DNA of 64,000 nucleotides from Lentisphaeria bacterium UBA1791 (GTDB lineage Bacteria; Verrucomicrobiota; Lentisphaeria; Victivallales; Victivallaceae): NCBI GenBank assembly GCA_002314455.1, contig DCFZ01000049.1, positions 30,362 to 94,361 of the forward strand, read 5' to 3'. Shown piece by piece: positions 58,319 to 64,000 of this stretch (position 1 is its first letter; each line of letters starts with the position of its first letter). The notes under the pieces were generated by a model. It saw only the letters and a program-made list of their open reading frames with translations, ran no database searches and was not told where the DNA came from. The position numbers and the translations under genes were made by a program.

Positions 58319-61300
58319 TCCCCACTTTTTACAACGAATGTTTTTAGGCGGATACTTTACGCCGACAACAAGGAAGCGATCGACGAGTATGCCGGTGAAA
58401 ACGGTTACTCCACCGCGAGCGAGGAATTTCAGCGGCGCGCGACAATCGGTTATTTCGATGCGCGCGAACTGCCCAAGGTGCCGTGGTATGAAAAACTTTA
58501 CGCCGTTTTCAAGAAGTGGATCCGCAGCACCTTTGCCGGCCGGCTCGCCAAGTTTTCCGACATTGATATGCGCAAACTTTTCCGCGACGCCTTAAAGGGG
58601 CTGAAGCGGGGAGGGACGCAGGATCGGGGAAGCGGGGAGGCGAGAATGGATTTGCGCCGTGATGGCGCGCCAAATCATGCGGTTGAAAAGGGTAAAATTG
58701 TTATTGGCAGTTTCCCACAGAATCCAGATGATTTTATGGAATGGTCAAAATTACAAGGATCTTGTTTATATTTGGATGCAGAGCTTTTATTCGGTCGGCA
58801 TCCGGAATATTTTGAAAATCAAACGGAAGTTTGTGCTGCATGTAATTTTGTCGTAGATAATCCTGTTAAGTTGCGTGATATTAATGGAATGTTTACTTGC
58901 GCAAGAAAGGACGAAGAAAGCGGTTTCATTTATCGAATGGAAATTGATCCCAGGGTAAAGGGAAAGCGCAATCATATTCGATCTATTCACAAAATAAATG
59001 AGCGGCAATACGAAAAAGCGAAAGCCGGAATTGACTTCCCGGTACTACAACCGTCATTTACTGGTTCCATTGATGGAGTACAGCAAACTAGAAGTTATTC
59101 CGACTTCCTTAAATACTATACATCAAAATATCCGGATGTCAAGTTTTCTATTGCAGAAAATTCTGATAAAAATCTTGCCGTTGTGCATAATGTTTCCCCG
59201 CAGAAATTACGCGATGCCGCAAAGTTGGGCGGGATGCCGGCGCCGAGTCTTGCCGTCATCGATGCAGAAAAAAGCACCTTTGAGGATTACGGCAGTATTA
59301 CGCTGATTGGCGACAAGGATCTGATCGATCCCAAGCGTTCGACGAAAAACAAAGTTTACAATGCAGACGTTTATTCTCCGCGTCGGCCGCAGATCGAAAA
59401 GAGTTTTTCCAAGGAGGATTTCGCGCGGGTCGAAAGCGTGATGGCTCCTTATGCCGATGAAGATTTCAAGCAGATGCTCGATCATTTCAGGCAGGGGATG
59501 CGCGTCGATGATTTTTTTCAGGCGTTGCAGAATTCCGCAGCCGCGAGAAGATGGTATGTCGATACGAAACAAGGCGATATTGATTTTGAAACGTGGTGGA
59601 ATGACGTCGCGCTTGGGCAGTTGGATCTTCATCCGGACGAAAAGATTTTCATGGGATATACCGATTACGGGAATCGGAAATACATTCCCGCCGATCTTGA
59701 ACATATCGTCAAGTTGATGACGCAAAAAGTTCGCAACGGCGAGGGATTTACTTACGGCATTGGCAATATCAGAAGTCTTAAAGCCATTCAATTCAAGAGT
59801 GTTGCGGAGATTCAAAAATCCAGAAACAACATCGTTTCTGCTGACGATATGAAGCGCGTCAAGGATGAGATGCAGCATGATTTTGATGCGCTCGAGCGAA
59901 AGATGGTTGCGGCTTCCAATGAAGAAATGGAATGGAATTTCGATACCGCCGAGGATTGTCTGATCGCGCTTGCCGAGGGGGGACGGGACAACATCTCGTA
60001 TTTGCATGAGCGTTTCGGGGAAAATATGGATATTTTCCGTGAAATGGCGGCTTTTCTCGATAAGTTGAAAAATCTTCCTACGGAATATTTTGAAGCGAAA
60101 TTGCAACGCGCGGTCGGTTTTGACGAATTCAAATCTGCCGTGATCCCGGAAGATACGCCGCAGGATGTGCGCAGGATCCTCGAAAATGCGGGGGTGAGAA
60201 TTTACACCTATAAGAATGATGCGGAACGCAAATCCGTGCTTCAGATGGCGTCGCGCGAAAATCACTTGCGTTTCAAGATCGAGGAGTTTGCCGATGAGGA
60301 TCTGAAGGTGCTCGTCGATGCCGCCAAGGATTTTGCCGGGAAGCATTACTATGACGTCAAGAGCGACGCCGAGTTTCTGGAGTTCTTCAAACGGCACGGT
60401 CTCCCCGTCGAAAACGAGCACGACGCGCATTTTATCATGACGCTCGCGCTCGAGGAAGTCAAGCATGAGCGCGCCGTTGCCGGCGCGAAAAGAGCCGCGA
60501 AGACCAAGAAGATCAACGAGGCGCGCGCATTGAAGGAATTTGCCGACGAAAATCCCTTATTTGCTTTTTTGCAGAGCTTTGTCGGAAATGATTTCACCAT
60601 CAATCCCGGAAAAAGGTTTGAGGAGCTTGAATTGACCGGAGACTACATCTCGCCGGAATTTAAAAAGTACGGCAACAAGGAGCCAAAAGGAAAACGCACC
60701 GACAAGCAATATCAGGCGTATCTCGCGCGGCGCGAGGAGGCGCTTGCCAATGCTTCCGGATTTAATCTCGACGAAGTTGCGCAGGCGTATGCAAGTCAAC
60801 ACGGCGGCGATCCCGCCGTCATTGAGGAGGAGATCATGGCATTGATCGGCGATCTCAGGAAAAAGGAGATTTATGCCGAATATCGCGACCGGATCAGCGA
60901 GGAGAAAGCCGAGGCGATCCGTCTCAAAGAGGACGCCGAAAAGGAATATCTCGATTATCTCGACGGCGAAGTCGAAAAGATTTTTGAGAGCCAAGGCGAA
61001 GTCACCAAGGAGATGCTCGACGCCGACCGGAAGCTCGCCAAAATGCTTTATGCCAAAACTTTCGGCAAGAAGCTCGAGGGAGAAATCACTCAGGGCGAAG
61101 TCGCCGCGATCAATGCCGCAATCAAAAGAGAGGCCAATGGCGGTGAAGCGCCGGAAAACGACGGCGTAGAAGTCAGCCGTCAGGCGTTTGCCCAAGCGTA
61201 TCTCGCCGCCCGCGACGAGATTATTGCCGAATATCGAGCGAAGTACAAGGAATTCCGCGACAAGTTGCTTTCAGAGCATGGCGCCAGGGAAAAGGATGCG

Positions 61301-64000
61301 CGCGATCTCGTCTTTTCGGCGATGCCGCCGGAAATGCGAGCAAGGTATCTCGCCAAGATCATTGCGCTCGGAAAGTTGCCCGCAGGCAAGCGAGAAGCCG
61401 CATTGGACGTTTTAATGGAGGAGATCACGGCGGAGGGCAGAACGGGCCGCGCAAAAGATCTCGTCGGTCGTTTTGACCGCAGGCTCAAACAGTTGCACGT
61501 CACCGTTGATCAGAGCCGCCGTCTCGTCGGGACGCGCAGCGAGGAATATCAGAAGATCCTCGACGAGATCGGCAAGATCCGCGCGATGAGCATTGCCGAA
61601 GTCAACGCCGAAAAAGTCAAGCTGACGGAGGAAATCGACGCGCTTCCCGATCGCAGCGATGGCGACGGCGTCGTCGATGAGAGTACCAAGGCGCAGGAGC
61701 GTCTCGCGCTCCTTGAGGAATTCGGCGATCTCGAAAACAAGGATCCCGACGCGATCAAGAAGGCGTTGCTCGATTTAAATAAATTCGCCAAGACGGGCCG
61801 CATGGAATTGCTTGACAAAATTGCCGAGCGGCGCGCCAAGGACGAGGCGCTGCGCAATTTCATCATCGATCGTATTACAAAAGGCAAGGGTGTCAAGACG
61901 GGGCAGGCGGCGATCGACGCCAACATCGAGGCAAAGGAAAATCCGCCGAAACTTGCTAATTATACTTACGGTCTTTTGAAATTGGAGGACTTCATTTACT
62001 TATTGAGCACCAACGGAGAAAAGGGAGACTGGCTCGAAAATCCCGTAGGAAAGGTATTTCAAGGCGTACACACTTCCGCTGTCGAGGAAGCGACGCGCGG
62101 ACGGGAATTTGCCGATTGGAGAAACGAATTGCTCAACGAGGTGCTCGGCGCCAAGACTGCCGTCGGCCGCGCCGCGAAGTTGCAGAAGTACCGCGAGCGC
62201 ATCGAGCACACCGGAATATACCGTTTCGATCCTGCCGAGCGTGAAGTAAGTTATGAGGATATTCCGCTATCCGAAGCGAAGGCGCTGCTCGCTAAATTCG
62301 ATCGCGGGGAAAGCGTGCCGTACAACGAGTTCCAAATGGAATTTATGCGCGACGCGATCCGCGCCGGCGAGTTGAAGATCGAGCGAAGTTTCAAGCCGAT
62401 CGAGGAGGACAAGGTGACGGAAGCCGTTTCCGGCGCCGTCGACCGCGAAGTCAAAGACGCCGCCAGGGAAAATCAAGTTGAGCCTACGATCGGCGTGCCG
62501 AGCGTGAAATTCAATGGTTCTTACGAAATGCAGCGCCTTAATCAGTTGGAACTCCTTGACATGTATCTCGGAATGAATCAGCGCGACGTGCGTTACAAGA
62601 TGTGGGCCAACGGTTTCACCGAGGAGAGTTTCAAGGCGATCGACAAGGTCCTCGCCCCGGAAATGAAGGCGCTCGGCGACGCGATGACGGATTTCCTTGA
62701 ACAGCAGGGAAACGAACTGAATGAGCTGCAGAAGGAACTTTTCTTTGCCGGCATCGATCAGATCGACAATTACTTCCCGATGGTTTACGAGTCGCGCAGC
62801 GTGACGGGCGCCAAGACCGCCCCCGCGCTTGACGATCCCGATACCGCCAAGAAGGCGCCGGCGCGGCTTGCCCCGGGAAGTCTCAAGGTGCGTAATGCGC
62901 ACTTGATGGAGCCGAAGTTCGGCGACGCGCTCGTCATTTTTGAAAACGCCGTTCGGCGGACGCGTCACTATCTCGCTTTTGCAAAAGTCGCTCGCGACTT
63001 GCGCGGCGCGCTTTTGACCCCCGAGATCAAAAAGGCGTGCGATCAGGTTTTCGGCACCGGATTTTTCAAGAATCTGCGCAACGCCGTCGTCGATACGATC
63101 AACGGCGGCAACGCCAATGCCGAGTACATTGCCTTGTATCAGTTGTTTTACGGCAATGCGGTTTCGATGAAGATGATGTTCAATCTCCTTTCCGGCATCA
63201 AGCAGACGATGTCGGGCTTCGCCTACGCGAATGATATGCCGCTTGCCGATTTCGCCCTCAACGTCGCCAAGGTATGGGCGCACCCCAAGGAAACTTTCGG
63301 CGTTTTGCTACAAAGCGATTATCTTAAAAACCGCTTTTTCGTCGGACCCGATGCGCACGCCGCGCTTGTCTTTGACGGAAAGAATCAGTACGTCGCCAAC
63401 AGCAGGATGTTTGAGAAACTTTCCCACAAGCTGAAATTGCCGGCGTCAATCCTCGCGGGAACAGGTCAGGCGATCGCCAATATCAAGGACTGGGGCGGTA
63501 TTTTCACCCGACTCGGCGACGCGACACCGTGCGTCATTATGGGCGCAGCGCTCTACAATTATCACTACAAGCGGATGCTCGATCAGGGATTTCCCGCCGA
63601 CGAGGCGAAAAAGCACGCGCTTTTACGGTGGGAAATGGCGACGGAAAGCATGCAGCAGAGTGCCGCAGTTCACAATCAGAATGCGATGCAGCGGTCAACT
63701 CTGATGAAGCCCTTTACCGCATGGAAGTCGAGTCAGACGCTCCTCGGGCAGCGTTTCTGGCGCGAACTTATCGCCGGAAGGGTTTTCGGAGGGAGAAATG
63801 TCGTCAACGACAAGGATTTATCGCGCAAAAACGGAAAGAGTCCGGCTTTGTATCGCGCTTATGTCGATCATCAGATCAACAGCGGCGTTTTGGAAAAAAT
63901 TACCACTGCCGGCATCCGGAGAATCGAAAAGTTTTATCGCGATTTTCCGCTCGGAAAAACCGTTGAAACGCCCTGGGGGGAAACGGTCGTTTTTGCTCCT
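58319..64000 (+). CDS. Very large multi-domain ORF of mobile-element type (polyvalent-protein-like); partial, runs off the window; start codon unresolved
   Basis: Own translation. The frame (position mod 3 = 2) is open from the TAG at 58316-58318 to the last base of the window (1894 codons). It is absent from the ORF track because it has no stop. The sequence is coding-like throughout, e.g. LAVVHNVSPQKLRDAAKLGGMPAPSLAVIDAEKSTFEDYGSITLIGDKDLIDP, FMGYTDYGNRKYIPADLEHIVKLM, NYFPMVYESRS, GFPADEAKKHALLRWEMATESMQQSAAVHNQNAMQRS. The first in-frame canonical starts are GTG 58478, ATG 58568 and ATG 58646. Confidence 0.8.

Larger units (their letters stand above)
58256..64000. mobile_element. Putative left end of a genomic island, prophage or integrative element inserted at the 3' side of tRNA-Ser
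   Basis: There is an abrupt change in composition and gene type directly after the tRNA: AT-rich stretches and one giant helical ORF typical of phage or ICE cargo. No integrase or att repeat is visible in the window, so the boundaries are unproven. Confidence 0.45.

Noticed and set aside
58305-58595. 96-aa plus-strand ORF immediately after tRNA-Ser
   Set aside because: It is out of frame with the long open frame, and its product is P/R/S/T-rich with no coding character beyond the first few residues. It is relevant only as a possible frameshifted start (ATG 58338) of the giant ORF.
59207-63283. Minus-strand ORFs 59207..60466 (419 aa), 60557..61195 (212 aa), 62267..63283 (338 aa)
   Set aside because: They are antisense to the open-ended plus-strand ORF (frame mod 3 = 2), which translates into sensible, motif-bearing protein for 1894 codons. 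The minus-strand products are I/F/L/R-rich mirror sequences without an SD.

Overview
This is a 64-kb chromosomal window from a GC-rich bacterium. Intergenic regions are distinctly AT-rich. A pyruvate:ferredoxin oxidoreductase suggests an anaerobic lifestyle. The taxon is not determinable by eye; the abundant lipoproteins, secretins and a giant T/G/A/V/N-rich protein are only loosely reminiscent of PVC-group genomes.

About 33 real genes are supported. Most long ORFs on the opposite strand of these genes are GC-driven antisense artefacts.

The housekeeping backbone is panB, rnr, nth, gyrA, folP-cdaA-cdaR(YbbR-like), a PpiD/SurA-N-like chaperone, a NifU-like protein, rpsD, nifJ (PFOR), htpG and tRNA-Ser(UGA).

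The accessory content falls into four parts:
1. A sugar-salvage neighbourhood (4.5-11.8 kb): a PocR/AraC regulator, an N-acetylhexosamine-1-kinase-like gene, a large lipoprotein, a K+/H+ antiporter and galE.
2. A block of secreted and lipoprotein enzymes (24.9-34.2 kb): a beta-helix/SGNH protein, a hexose-6-P mutarotase and an AlgX/AlgJ-like protein. It ends in a truncated MBOAT pseudogene and a 100-bp duplicated fragment of the mutarotase gene, which looks like a rearrangement scar.
3. The most unusual locus (34.6-56.1 kb). A single 13.4-kb ORF encodes a 4468-aa modular protein with no signal peptide. It is followed by a 41-43-aa acidic Cys-containing peptide ORF and an HD-domain gene. These are convergent with an operon of small lipoprotein, two tandem secretin paralogs and MarR. 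Upstream of that operon lie a DUF349 gene and a 6 x 17-aa tandem-repeat protein.
4. A compositionally foreign region immediately 3' of tRNA-Ser. It carries one open reading frame of at least 1894 codons that runs off the window. It resembles the polyvalent proteins of phages and conjugative elements and contains an in-frame AT-rich cassette.

No CRISPR array, rRNA gene, transposase or integrase was seen in the window. A recurrent promoter pattern (TTGCAA-like -35, 16-17 nt spacer, TATATT-like -10) is visible upstream of many genes.
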